The position numbers and the translations under genes were made by a program. Below, in pieces: positions 40,321 through 51,924 of a DNA stretch of 64,000 nt (the stretch's first letter is position 1; each line of letters opens with the position of its first letter). The DNA comes from Moniliella sp. 'wahieum'. Lineage: Eukaryota. The DNA is taken from the NCBI GenBank assembly GCA_003971905.1, contig RSEE01000013.1:372001-436000 (forward strand), in the 5' to 3' direction. Below the pieces are notes generated by a model that made no database searches, was not told the DNA's origin, and saw only the letters and a program-made list of their open reading frames with translations.

Positions 40321-41034
40321 ATGGCCGATGTCATTCATCCCTGCGAGCTGTTGCATAGCTGAGATACCTGTGCGACATCAATGGGAGCGTTCGTAGGCTG
40401 TCCCCCTGCTGCCCTAGCGCTTCGTCACTGCCCTGCCCTGCCTCCTCCTGGCTGCGCAACTTTCTTTGGCTCCGCTCTCTTCGCTTCCTGTTGGCTTCTC
40501 CCAACCACCTCAGCTGCTACTGTATGTTTCATAGCTTCATCCCACTGTATAGTCGAGCGGACCGCTCCGTCTCTCCCTACTCATTGGTACTGAGTACTCA
40601 CTGAGTCCCGCTCATCGGCCAGCCAGTTAATTAACAGCCCGAGGAACTGACCCTCACAGCTGCGGATGTGATGCACATCATTCTTTTTTCGTTTTCATTT
40701 CCTCTCTTCCAACAATCTCTCTTAGTCATCGTGGAAAAAGGCGCAACTGCCAAGATCGTATGTCTCTGTTTGGCGCGCCTAGGCATGTCTTGGCCAGCAA
40801 TAAAACCTGGTGAGGCTGCAATTAGCGCCCAGGCTGAGCGAATAAACAAGTGCCCGGAGTGATCAGCTAGTGATACTCGAAGCAGCCCTTGAATCAAGTT
40901 CGGCCTGCTTGACCATCTAAAAAGCAATGCGCCAAAGAGAGTCTTCATTCGATCTAGCTATGCTCGATAGAACGGATGAGACCATTGCCCCTACAGAGTG
41001 CCGTGTGCATTTTTATTACTAGGATATAAAATGA

Positions 41035-41226
41035 CTAGAAGACCACCGGGCCTACGGCCCGGTCAGCTGGGGCTTCGCCCCAGCTGTGCTGCGTCGCCAC
41101 CTTAGCCACCGGTCCGCCTTCGCCACCGTAGCCACCGTTCCCCCCCATCGTCACCTTAGCCACCGGTCCACCGTCGCCATCGTAGCCTCCATTCCACGCT
41201 GGAGGAATTTTATCACCCATGTGCAT
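41035..41226 (-). CDS. Candidate small protein with a duplicated NGGYxGxGGPVAKV motif
   Basis: ORF 41035-41268 with ATG near 41226. The two repeat copies differ mostly at third codon positions in this frame. Confidence 0.35.
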   Translation of the reverse strand: MHMGDKIPPAWNGGYDGDGGPVAKVTMGGNGGYGGEGGPVAKVATQHSWGEAPADRAVGPVVF

Positions 41227-41378
41227 GGCTGAGCACGCGGGGGTGGGGTGCGCATTCCGCCCGCGCAAACAAATAGGTAAGCATGACGTAAAGAAAAAAG
41301 GGGGTCTGCGATATAATATAAAAAATGATGAGAATACAGCGAAGCATCGTAGGAACTTTGGGGGTCCGTAAACGCGGA

Positions 41379-43241
41379 TTATGGGAGCGAAATCAGTTCA
41401 AAACCGAGCGTAGAGCAGGCAGCTGCGTTGGGCTCTGCCGCGGGGGCGACGGCCGTACAATAGGCGTCATTCCCACCAAAGGTGCAAGAGGAGGAAGTTT
41501 GGCCTTGTTGGACGTTGTGGGCGAGGTGGACGCCGAGGTAGACGCCGATATGGGCAACGAGGTTGGCAAGGAAGCGGGAAAGAAGCAAGTTCGGCACGAG
41601 GTGACGAAGCAGCACTGTTGACTGGGAAGAAAGAATGGGAGCTGGCAGTCGAAGGGTTGTAGCTCAATCTAGGCGTCGAGGGAACGGTACTGGGGTGTTC
41701 GGACCTGGGCGATGAGGATGCCGACAACGGCGTAAACGAAAAAGAAAGGGGATTGAGCTTAGGAGATCCGGGTGCCGATCCAGGGGCCGAACGAGCCCCA
41801 CCGGTGGGCAAACGATTGCGCATCCGCCCGACGCTTGGGCCCGAAGGGCCAGGGGCGCCAGAAAGAATGTCAGAGATACGGGCACCCCCTCTCGGGCGAG
41901 GAGCCTCGTCAGCCTTGGAGGTACCGTACGAATAAGATCGAACAAGAGGCGGGCGAATGTCATCGACTGGCGTGATTGCCAAGGCACGGACCGCACGTCC
42001 ACGGGATGTGTCTCCCCTGGAAGCATAAGGATGAGAGCGGTAGCGGCCTCCGTCAAGATGCCCAGCGGATGAATCGCACCAGAATCCCACCTTGTGGACC
42101 CGGCAGGGGGAGATACAGAGCGACGCCCAGCCAGGTTGGGTGACCCCGGTCGAGAACCAAAGGGCGTATTGGGCGCTGTATGGGCCATACGGAGCGACAT
42201 ATTGCGCAGCGATCCCAGCACGGGCGAGCCCGAGGGCGTGCAGACTTGAGATCTCGGCAGTTGACGGCAACTAGCCATGGAGGCAAGTCCTTCCTCATCC
42301 GACGGCACATCGCCGAAATCAGAACGATCAAACGGAGTAAGGCGAGGCGATCCCGCGACGCTTGAAACTGCCGATTCAGCCGGACGGAGAGGGCGGTAGG
42401 CATCCGCTTGATAGTTAGAAAAGCGCGATTTTGCGCCGAAATTGCTGCGCACAACACTAGCAATTTGTTCGTGGTACGAGTTGAGACAGTCCGGATGGTT
42501 GCACTGAGGTGGCGTGGGAACTGGGCCATGGGAGTGGGCTTGGGCATGAGCGTAAGCATGAGCTGGGGCATAATTATTGCGGCAGCCGGGTCGGGGCTCC
42601 AAATCCTGCAGCTCGTTCGACGCCAGCTGAGCAAGCGTGCTCATGTTGCTAGATGGCCGGTAGTCGTCGGAGGGATCGAGGTACTGGGAAGGACGGCCAT
42701 CATCATACTCATGGACGTAACGAGGTTGGGGGACAATAGTGGTAGCGGCCTCACGAACAATGCCTACCGGAACAGCAGGCTGGTGATCGTCCCAAGGGTA
42801 GGGTGTCGAATAGGTCGTTGGCACCATAGTCATGCCCATGGGCGGAGGCTGGCCAACCGCAGGAGGCAGCTGGGCGAAGCGATTACGCTTAGGGTTGGAG
42901 TGGATGCGCACATGACGGGTAAGCTCGTCAGAGCGTGAGAAGCGCTTGCCACAGCCGGGGTGAGTGCACGCATGAGGCTTCTCGCCTGTGTGGGTGCGGA
43001 TGTGGCGCGTCTAGCAGAAGACGTGAGCGTCAGCACACTGCTCAGCCAACACCGCTTGCTGAGGCGCCCAGAGCACACAGGGGAAAAGATATGGGAGGCG
43101 TACCTGATGCTCAAGACGGTAGAAGGCGCGTGGACACAGAGGGCACTTGTAGGGACGAGGAATCTTGCTGCGATCGGAAGCTTCGGCAGCGAGTGCGGCT
43201 GTGGTGGTCGCCACAGCGTCCGTACCGTCAACGGCAGACAT
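41379..43241 (-). CDS. creA: CreA/Mig1-type C2H2 carbon catabolite repressor; 3' end approximate
   Basis: [21 protein letters not shown] | intron 43011-43103 | [37 protein letters not shown]; downstream [12 protein letters not shown] and [15 protein letters not shown] motifs. Confidence 0.9.
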
Positions 43242-43472
43242 ACTTGGGTGCAGGGCTTCAGTGAGAGAGGAGTCCTGATTCGCGTGGAAAGGCGGGGGGT
43301 GGTACTGTAACTCTGGTGAAGATGGGGTGGCGAGGTGGTGGAGGGAAGCGGAGAGAAAAACAAGGAAACGAGGAGGAGGGGAGGGGGGCTGAAGGGTTGC
43401 TGAGGATGGACGGGCTGTCCTGGCTTGCTTATGGGGCCCATATCGGCAGCTTACACGCTTACGCATCTGGAG

Positions 43473-46400
43473 TGACTAGTCACAGTAACTAGAGTGAGCG
43501 AGCGCTGAGCGAGCACCGCTCCAACCCGAAACAGAAATCGGCATTGGGGACCTGAATCGTTTGAGGCCATCTGGGCGAAGACGGGCACGGGGGAGGTGGG
43601 CCGCATCTGGCGGGACCAGCAAGGCCGCGGGCACTGCTCTGCGCGGGACCTGTCTTCCCCGGCCACCCCAGCTTCTGGATATCAATGTCCGGTGACCGTG
43701 ACCGGGTGACCTCTTAGAAGACAGTGCTGCCGCTACTTGTCATCATGCATCATACATCATGTTTCCCGCGGGGGGGAACACCCTGCGGAGCGGGCAACAG
43801 CAGGCATGCCGCCTGTGTTCGGCCATGCCAGTCCAGACCCTTGGGGCCACGGTGCATGGTGTGACACATCCGCTTCTGCACCCGGCACTGCCCCCCTGCG
43901 TATTGAAGCACTGGCCGCGGACGGATTGGGAATTGTGACTCCGGAGGATTTGAGACACGTCATCGAGGCAGCTGCAGACTGCGGGGGTGGCGCTGTGCGC
44001 ATCGCGCAAGATCAATTCACTCAAACTGCCTCATCGTCACCGATCATCGTCATCGACCACCCATCATCGGTCTCATCTCGCACCAGGCCAGTTCTAGTTC
44101 AGTGTCAGCTGTTCAGCTCTCCCCTTAGGCCTTAGGCTTAGGCCGCCTTATCGATGATCGATGACTGTCTTTGTCTGAGATCTGACGATGTTGTGACGAT
44201 GCCGCCGGTAGCTTCAAGTGCATCATGCATCGAGGGCATCAGCTCTCAGCGAGTGTGCTCAGCATGGCCCACCAGGCCCCAGGGCCCACCCACCCACCCC
44301 AGTCCCCTGCTGGTCTGCTCACATGTCACATGTCACAAATGTCCTACACCGGTCCGACTCGTGCGCCCGGGTCTCCACATGGACACGTCTCCATTTTCTG
44401 TCGTCGGAAGGTCTGAGATCTGGTGCGTTAACCTACCAGCAACTAGTAACCGGCAACTGGTCAGCCCGTGACATCATTGATCATTGATCATCGATCATTA
44501 ATCATTCAGAGAAAGAATGCCTCCACGGTGTTACTTGTTAAACAGGTTAACCTGGTATACCTTCCTTTTTCTTTTCTTCAGTACTAAACAATACCCCTCT
44601 CCCTAGCACACTATTATGATCATTGTCGGTAAGCCAGTGACCAATGAGCCCTCTGTGAACGTTGAACGAACGTTGTTTTGAACGTTTTTTGAGAACCACC
44701 TCAGGCCTCACGATTCATTCAGCATGGTCCCTGTTGTTGCACGATAGATGATGTCGATGATGCATGATGCATGATGCCCATACTCGGTTCAGAGTCGGTA
44801 CTCCCGGAGCTCAGGCCCTTCAAGCATGAATCTTTTGAAGTTTAAGTTAAACTCAATGTAAGCTTGCCACGTAAAGCCACCTGGGACCATTTTCGCCACA
44901 GAAGAGGTTTAGCCCCCCCCCACACCCCGCCCACAACAGTGGTTCAAATTGACGGCGACCTCACCGATCACCGTCGGCCTCCTGAAATAAGGCCTCTCAT
45001 CAGTACTCAGTGCATCAGATCTCGCTTCTCACCGATTTCCCCTCACTGGCTTCACCACATCCCCGATCCCGACGGCCCGTGTGGAGGTTAAACTTCAACG
45101 TTGAACGTCGTTGAGACGTTGAAAAGGCTTGTAAAATGTAAAAGGCCACTTGAGTTTTCGCGGACATTTTCTAAGGCCTAAACGTACTAAGTTTTTAAGC
45201 CACAGAAGGCTGAGATCTGAGACTGATTAAGTGGACCGGGGAGGGTACCTAGAAAGGTCGTTGCTGACGCAAATGTGCGTGCGAGCTTTTGCTTCGGACT
45301 TCGTCAGTGTGTGTGGGTCCTCTTCCGTTAATATTCATCCGCACACTATCGTTGGACGTTGGACGTTTGCCTGCCACCACCGTCGGGGCCACAGAGCCCA
45401 TGCAGGGCCTCGTTCCTCCCCAGCAATTCAAATCCTGGGGGTGGAAGTATTATGTCCATCTTCTGTGAGCCGTTGGGACTGTCAAAACTATAGTAACTGG
45501 TGCCCCACCATTGGAAGACGTCCTGATGGGGCTATTGTTGTATCCGAGCTCAGGTCTCTAAAGCGCGTGAGCCTGACAGGCTAATGGCTCTCCAATACGT
45601 GGGCGCAATCATACTGTGTATAACATATTGTGTATAATATTCAGTGTTGTCGTGGTGGTCTGTAACCATGCAACCGGTAACCCACAAGCAGGAACCCCCT
45701 AGAGGGATATCGGCCATGGGTCGTGGGCCGTCTGGCTGATGCGGAATAGATGGCTAAACAAAATGAGAAAATTGGATCTCTGTCCTAAGTATGTAGATCG
45801 GGGAGATGAGAGTGAAGCTGTGATGTGCGCGACTGCATATATGAAGCTTGAAGAAGGAGGGGGAAATAACGTTACGTTTTTTTACGAAGAAGCTTTAGGA
45901 GAGAGGGTGCGAAAAGAGAGATAAAAACTTTGGTTTTTTGGGGCTTTGGGTTTTCAAACTCTCCTAGGAGAGGGCTAGGTCGCACAGCACTAATGAGCCG
46001 CTCAAGTGTTCAAGCTATATGGGAGCCCGTCTTGGACCTGAGCGACTGAGAGCCTCTGTCGGCTGAGCGCTTTATTAGCAGCTGATCCGATGGATATGTT
46101 GTTGGTCGAACTAAGGAGCCTAAAATATAGTAGGTAGTACGGTGCACATACAACGTGTAGGCATGTAGCAGTGTTCCTAACCAGACGTCAAACCAGGCGT
46201 CAAAAAGTGTTAATCATCTCAATGCAGTAGCAGTGTGGTGGGGCATGTTCCGTTTGCGGATGCGGTGATACTGAGACATGTCTCAGCGAACGCGAGGAAC
46301 AGTAATAAAAAGCGAAGTGCGTTATAATACTCCCGAGAATACGTACCAAATTCTCTGCAGCACCTACCAATGCTCATCGATATCAGCATCTTAGCGTGTG

Positions 46401-46679
46401 CGCTTATAGGGGTATAGCTGGGGGTAGCACTTGCTGGCACCGCTGTGGCTTCGATTAGCTTGTTCAAAGAGACTGTGGGGCAGTGGAGTGAGTAGGTGAC
46501 TGTGGCGGGAACACGTGGTACTGCGGTCACCGGAGCAATCACCGGTCACCGGTCACTAGGTCACTGTGGAAGTTGTCGTTGCAGGTTGTTCCTAGTGTTC
46601 CTTTCTTCCAGAGAGAGAGTAAATACCCCCCATGGTTCGTACACGGCGCCAGAGTTCAAGCTTCAAGCTTCAAGCTTCA
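43473..46679. repeat. Dense field of TNA-[4-bp palindrome]-TNA micro-arrays in the long intergenic region upstream of creA
   Basis: Examples at 43473, 44125, 44148, 44176, 44319, 44656, 44701, 44758, 45000, 45095, 45211, 46539, 46656. Confidence 0.85.
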
Positions 46680-47375
46680 AGAGACAGTGTCCGTGTATTG
46701 CAATAAGGACACTATTCAGTACAGGGACACGGGAAAAAACGTCAGCAGAAGCGACTCAAGAGCCTCAATGGAGGTGGATGGCCGCAATGAGGTCGAGCAC
46801 TGCGCTCTTGAGTGCCCTTGACCTTGATTGCTTGGCTCTCGTTGCGTTGTCCATTCTTGATAGCTCCTGCATGTGTGTGGCCCTTGTGACCCCTGTTCTT
46901 TCTCCCTAGTACCACAGGATGCCGTCTTTTTCTGTTCATCTTCATCTTCGTATCAACATCCCCTTTAAGTGCTGCAAAGAACTTCCATCTGCTACGCGTG
47001 CTCTGCTCGACTTTCGAGCCATATACAAGGGCGTGGAGGTGTTCTTGCATATTAATGGGCGGTGCAATCGGATTGGTGCTTTTCATCTATCCGGTTTCCA
47101 TATACATGTTTGCGGGCGCTGCTCTCCCCTTCAACTCCGACCTCTGTTCAACAAGTTGGCATACGCCACACGGCCTCATCTTCAGCTTGAGTCCCACTAA
47201 CGCGATTGATTGATCTCCTCTACGTGATTTGCTCATTGAGCTGCGCCAAGATTACTGGCAATGTTGGCCTCACCACACAGCCGCCTTGAGCCAAGGCCCG
47301 GAAGCGTACAAGAAAGAGAGTAGGCATAGATGATTCCGGCATGCGAAGACAGCAATAGTAAAATCCGCCTCGCGC

Positions 47376-49124
47376 TTACGGCTCCAGACGCTTGGGGTCA
47401 CGGGGGAACATGGAGGCAAGACGGATGTTGCCAAGGCCGAGGTAGAACTCAACGACACGCTCCAGTCCAATACCACCGCCGGCATGGGGCGGAGCGCCAA
47501 GCTTGAAGGCATCCACGTAAGGCTGGAGCGACTCGGGGGAACGCCCAGTTCCTTCATGCGACTGACGAGTAGATCCGCGTCGTGGATACGTTGGGCACCC
47601 GACAAACCTCCTGTCCGCGCATAAACATGTCGAAGGAGTTGGAGTAGCGAGGGTCGGCTGCGTTGGGCATCGTGTGAAGGAAAGAACGGCGGAAGGGAAC
47701 TGGTCCAAAACGTAGAAGTCGGTCTGGTATTTTTCCCGGACCAACGCCCGAGCTTCTTTTCGGTAGGCGTGTCCAAGTCCTCAAAGTCCGGCCAATCAAT
47801 ACCATTCTCCCGCAGCAGCTTAATGCCGTCAGCCCAGTGGAGGATGACAGGCTTCTCCGGGACGAGGAACTCTTCCACGGGGTACTGCCGCTTGACAATG
47901 TCAATCTGCTTGGCGTAGCGCTTAGGCAGCTCGTGGAAGATGTGGTGGAAAAGACCAGCAATGAGCTCGAGCGCCTCATGGTAATGTTCCTTGAAAGCCA
48001 TCTCGAGATCCAGACCGATAAACTCAGTCAGATGGCGTGCTGTGTTCGAGTTCTCGGCACGGAAAACAGGGCCAATCTCGTAGACACGGTCAAAGTCAGC
48101 AGCAATAGCCATCTGCTTGCCCAGCTGCGGGGACTGGGCTAGGAAAGCTTTGCCGTTGAAGTACTTGACCTCAAACACGGTCGCTCCTGACTCTGTCGCA
48201 CCGCCTTGGAGCTTGGCTGTGTGAATTTCAACAAAGTTCTCGTTGGTCAAGTACTCGCGGAAGAGGTTGCCAACAGCCGCCTGCACCTGGAAGATGGCCT
48301 GGTTGGTGGGGGTACGCAGGTCCAACACACGGTTGTCAAGGCGCGTGTCCAGACCAATGATGGGCATGGGCTGAGCCGTCGACTGCGACGCCTGCACCTC
48401 GGCGTCAGAACGAGTCGCATCCTGCACCGAGAATTTTTGTTCCAGCGTAGGGATGACCTTGGTCATCGAATGGATCTGCTCGATCTTGATTTCGGCATCC
48501 TTGACCGTAATAGCGGCCGAGCTGATAGGCGTGTTGACCTTGTTCACCACACCCTGAACAATGACAAGCGTCTCGTTGGGCAGACTGCAGGCCCACTTGA
48601 TCATCTTGCGCGAAACCTTCTCGGGCGTCTCCGCGAGGACAGCCTGGGCAACATCCAGACGGTCACGAAGGACCAGGAACCCGAGCTTGGCACTGGTCAG
48701 ACGCGCTGACTGGACACGCACCTGGAGGTGTACGCGCTGGCCATCCTTGCTGGCGTCGATCTCGTGCAGATTGGCCCACTGGAGACGAGGGCGCTCTTGG
48801 GATTGGTTTAGCGGGGCTTGGCCGTAGTACTGCGACGCAAAGTCGGCCTCGTTCTCACGGGCAGCCTTCTCAGCAGCCAGTTTGGCGGCGCGCTCTTCCT
48901 TCTGGCGCTGCTTCTCAGCCTTCTCGGCACGCTTGCGCTTCTGCTTGTCAGAGAGGGGGGTGCCATCGGGGCTGGATTGCAAGTGGTAGGGGGGTTAGCA
49001 TGAGCGAGGCATGGCGATGGAAGGGGACACACTTGACCTCCTCGCCGGCGGCGGGAGCAGCAGCGGGAGCAGCAGCGGCAGGCTGCTCGGCGGCAGGGAC
49101 GGTGGGCTTAATTTCATCGGCCAT
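47376..49124 (-). CDS. DPS1: Cytosolic aspartyl-tRNA synthetase
   Basis: ATG 49124; intron 48972-49032; [119 protein letters not shown]. Confidence 0.97.
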
Positions 49125-49855
49125 GGTTGTGTGTTGCAGAGAGAAAGGAAGCGCAAGTGCCTCTAATGCGCGTCAGGCCAGGCAAAAAGATACAGGGCGG
49201 AACTGGCGATGACTCGATCCAATTTGAACCTTCGCAGCGCACGGACTCACACCCACGCACTGGCGCCGTGCCTGCGGGGCCCAATGGAGGCGGAACCATC
49301 GGCAGGGGCAAGCTCCAGGATCTAAGAAAGCTGATACGCCGCGAGAGCCACACGAATCAGCAGGCAAGCATCAGCACAGTGACCAGATCAGCAATTTGGT
49401 TCTTCTGAGCAAGCACCGACGCAGTTGCGTTGAGCGCTCGCTGAAGGGGAGGCGTATCATCAGGCTGGCCTTCCCCCCAAATGGAGCCGCAAGGACTAAG
49501 AGCGAGCCCTTGATGGCGTCCCGCATCGGGTCTGGAATAGCTGGAAAGTCCCCCTGGGCAAACGCTTCTCGCTGCTCGCCATGCCCGCTGCGTCCATCCG
49601 CACTCCCTCGGGCCATGCATCCGATTGGACACGGCGACGGGTGCGGTGCTGGCGATGCCACCAGCCATTCAATGGGTCTGCCCAGCGATCATCCAACGCA
49701 GGAGGACGTGGCAGGGAGACGGCGATGCCCATTACGTAACCCCGTGCTCCCCCGTGCCAGTGCCTCCCCAATTCAAGGGGTTGCGGGCTTCTGGCGAGAA
49801 GCAGCGGTCGCAGCCAGCCGAGGTGCGCAGACGCCACCACCACAGGATCGCCGCC

Positions 49856-51415
49856 ATGTCTGCTGCTGCCGCTGCTGCTGCGCCTGGCCCCGGCCAGTTC
49901 ATTGGCCAGTGGATCTCGCTCACCAGCAAGTCTGAGCACCGCTACAAGGGCCTCCTCGCCGCCATCAACCCCACCGATGCCACCATCTCTCTCGAGAAAG
50001 TCCGCAGCTACGGCACCGAGGGCCGCCTCGCTGCCAAGGGCCGTCCCGCCGAGGAGTTGCCGCCCAACGACAGGGCCTTTGACCTTGTCGTATTCCGTGC
50101 TTCCGACGTACAGGACCTTAAGATCGAAGATCCCTCTCCGGCACCCCAGCCCGCCATGCCTTTGACTGACCCGCCATCCTCAACGTGCGTGTTCGCCTCC
50201 TCACGCCGTCTCCTCTCCTCGGAGGGGTACATGCAAAGTGCTAACCCTGGTTTTCATATGACCTTACAGCAGAGCGGTGGCCCACTCCCGCCCGCCCCGG
50301 GATCATGGGGGGTTCCGCCACCGGCTGGCGCTCCCGGGCCGTTCCCCGGGTACGAAGCACCTTATGGCTTTCCCCCTCCGCCTGGGTTTGGAGCGCCAGG
50401 TGGGTTCAATGCATTTGTGCCTTGGGGTCCACCCCCGGGGCCATATGGAATGCCCCCTCCCGGCCAATCGTTCATGTCGCCCCAAGCGCCGGCCCAGCCT
50501 CCCGCTGCAGCCCCGCCAACGGACCCGCAGCCGGTGTCTGGCGCTCCCAAGTCAACTGCAGCTCCGGTGCCGGCACCAGCACCAGCACCAGCACTAGCTC
50601 CAGTGCCAGTTCCAGTACCAGCTGCAGCTGCAGCTCCAGAGACTGCTTCCACGCCCGTACCGCCGAAGCCTACTGGACCTCAGGCTCCCGCCAAGGCTGG
50701 GCTTCCTAGCAAGCCTGCGACCCAGAGACCTGTCCCGGTCGCTACTCCTGCTTTCAAGTCGCCTGAGAGCACGACAAGTACCCAGGACGCCAAAGCACGC
50801 AATGCCGGCGCGGCGGCAGCGGACGAGTTGGTGAACGATTTGATGGGCCTGTCGGTGGCTCCTGCTCCGACTGCTGTGCCGACCAAACCGACGGCGCTAG
50901 CCCCCGCGGCCCCGAGTGCCCCGCATGGCCTGCCGCCCGTTCCTCATGCAGCTACCGCGGCGGCTAGTTTGGCACGGCACGTTCCTGCCCCGCGGCGTGC
51001 GGCTGCGGCTCCCAAGCCCGACACGGACTTGACGACCGACTTCGACTTTGAGAAGGCCAATGCCAAGTTCAGTAAGGACAAACTGGACGGGGAGGTGCCT
51101 GCGGCTCCCTCGGCTGTGCTCACCTCCATCCCAGTGGCGGAGGAGAAGCATTCGTTCTATGATAAAAAGAGCGGCTTTTTTGATGACATTTCGTCCGAGA
51201 TCAAGGAGCGCCATGCGGCGCCTGAAGACCGTCGCGGATTCCGCCAGCAGGAGGCAGCCCGGAACATGGCCACCTTTGGTGATGCGGGGCATGCGCATGG
51301 CTATGGCCGGGGGCGGGGGCGTGGAAGGGGCCGTGGTCGTGGCCGTGGGAGGGGGCGCGGGCCTCGCGGGGCTGATGACGCATTTGGTGCTTACCCTGCT
51401 CAGCCCGGTGCGTGA
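49856..51415 (+). CDS. SCD6: Scd6/LSM14 (RAP55) P-body protein
   Basis: LSm14 N-domain (FIGQWISLTSKSEHRYKG..ISLEKVRSYGTEGR..VVFRASDVQDL), DFDFEKANAKF, FYDKKSGFFDDIS (FFD box), RNMATFG (TFG box), RG repeats. Intron 50185-50269. Confidence 0.93.
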   Translation: MSAAAAAAAPGPGQFIGQWISLTSKSEHRYKGLLAAINPTDATISLEKVRSYGTEGRLAAKGRPAEELPPNDRAFDLVVFRASDVQDLKIEDPSPAPQPAMPLTDPPSSTCVFASSRRLLSSEGYMQSANPGFHMTLQQSGGPLPPAPGSWGVPPPAGAPGPFPGYEAPYGFPPPPGFGAPGGFNAFVPWGPPPGPYGMPPPGQSFMSPQAPAQPPAAAPPTDPQPVSGAPKSTAAPVPAPAPAPALAPVPVPVPAAAAAPETASTPVPPKPTGPQAPAKAGLPSKPATQRPVPVATPAFKSPESTTSTQDAKARNAGAAAADELVNDLMGLSVAPAPTAVPTKPTALAPAAPSAPHGLPPVPHAATAAASLARHVPAPRRAAAAPKPDTDLTTDFDFEKANAKFSKDKLDGEVPAAPSAVLTSIPVAEEKHSFYDKKSGFFDDISSEIKERHAAPEDRRGFRQQEAARNMATFGDAGHAHGYGRGRGRGRGRGRGRGRGRGPRGADDAFGAYPAQPGA

Positions 51416-51924
51416 AGTGAGGGGATTCCCAAATCCTCTCTCCGTTGCGTTGCGTCCTTGAAACTGGATTTCAGGTTCGCCCCCCTCTCCATTCCACCTT
51501 TCGCTGTGCCTCCTTTACAATGTTCTGTCCCGACCCCCCCCCCCCCCCCCACCTCTCACCCCTCCTCTCAGCTTCGTATGAATGCACGCTCCGTCCCATT
51601 TCTGCTCTATGGATTCGCTTTTTTTGGTTCGCTCGCCTATGTGCTCGCCAAGAAGGGGTTAAGCCAGTCGGAACGAATGGATTCTACCTCTTGGCTTGGC
51701 ACGTGAATGAACCCTTCAACCGCCTCATCCAAAACAATGGACAAGCAGTGTAGGCCCTATCAACGCACGCGCCGATGGAGGCATGCATAGATGATCCAAG
51801 GAAATGATGTAAAACGATAATGCGGCCAGTGGAAGTGTGCGAGAAGAGAGGGAGCGGGAGGGAAAAAACATTGCCTCTCTCCGCCCCACCAAAAGAAGGG
51901 AACCCCCACGGCAGGGGAGCGGAC

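Noticed and set aside
46700..47200. Possible gene remnant downstream of DPS1 (similar weak ORFs at 21470-21900, 24196-24663 and 59794-60174)
   Set aside because: Composition is coding-like, but I found no recognisable motif or consistent exon structure, so I cannot support a call without a homology search.
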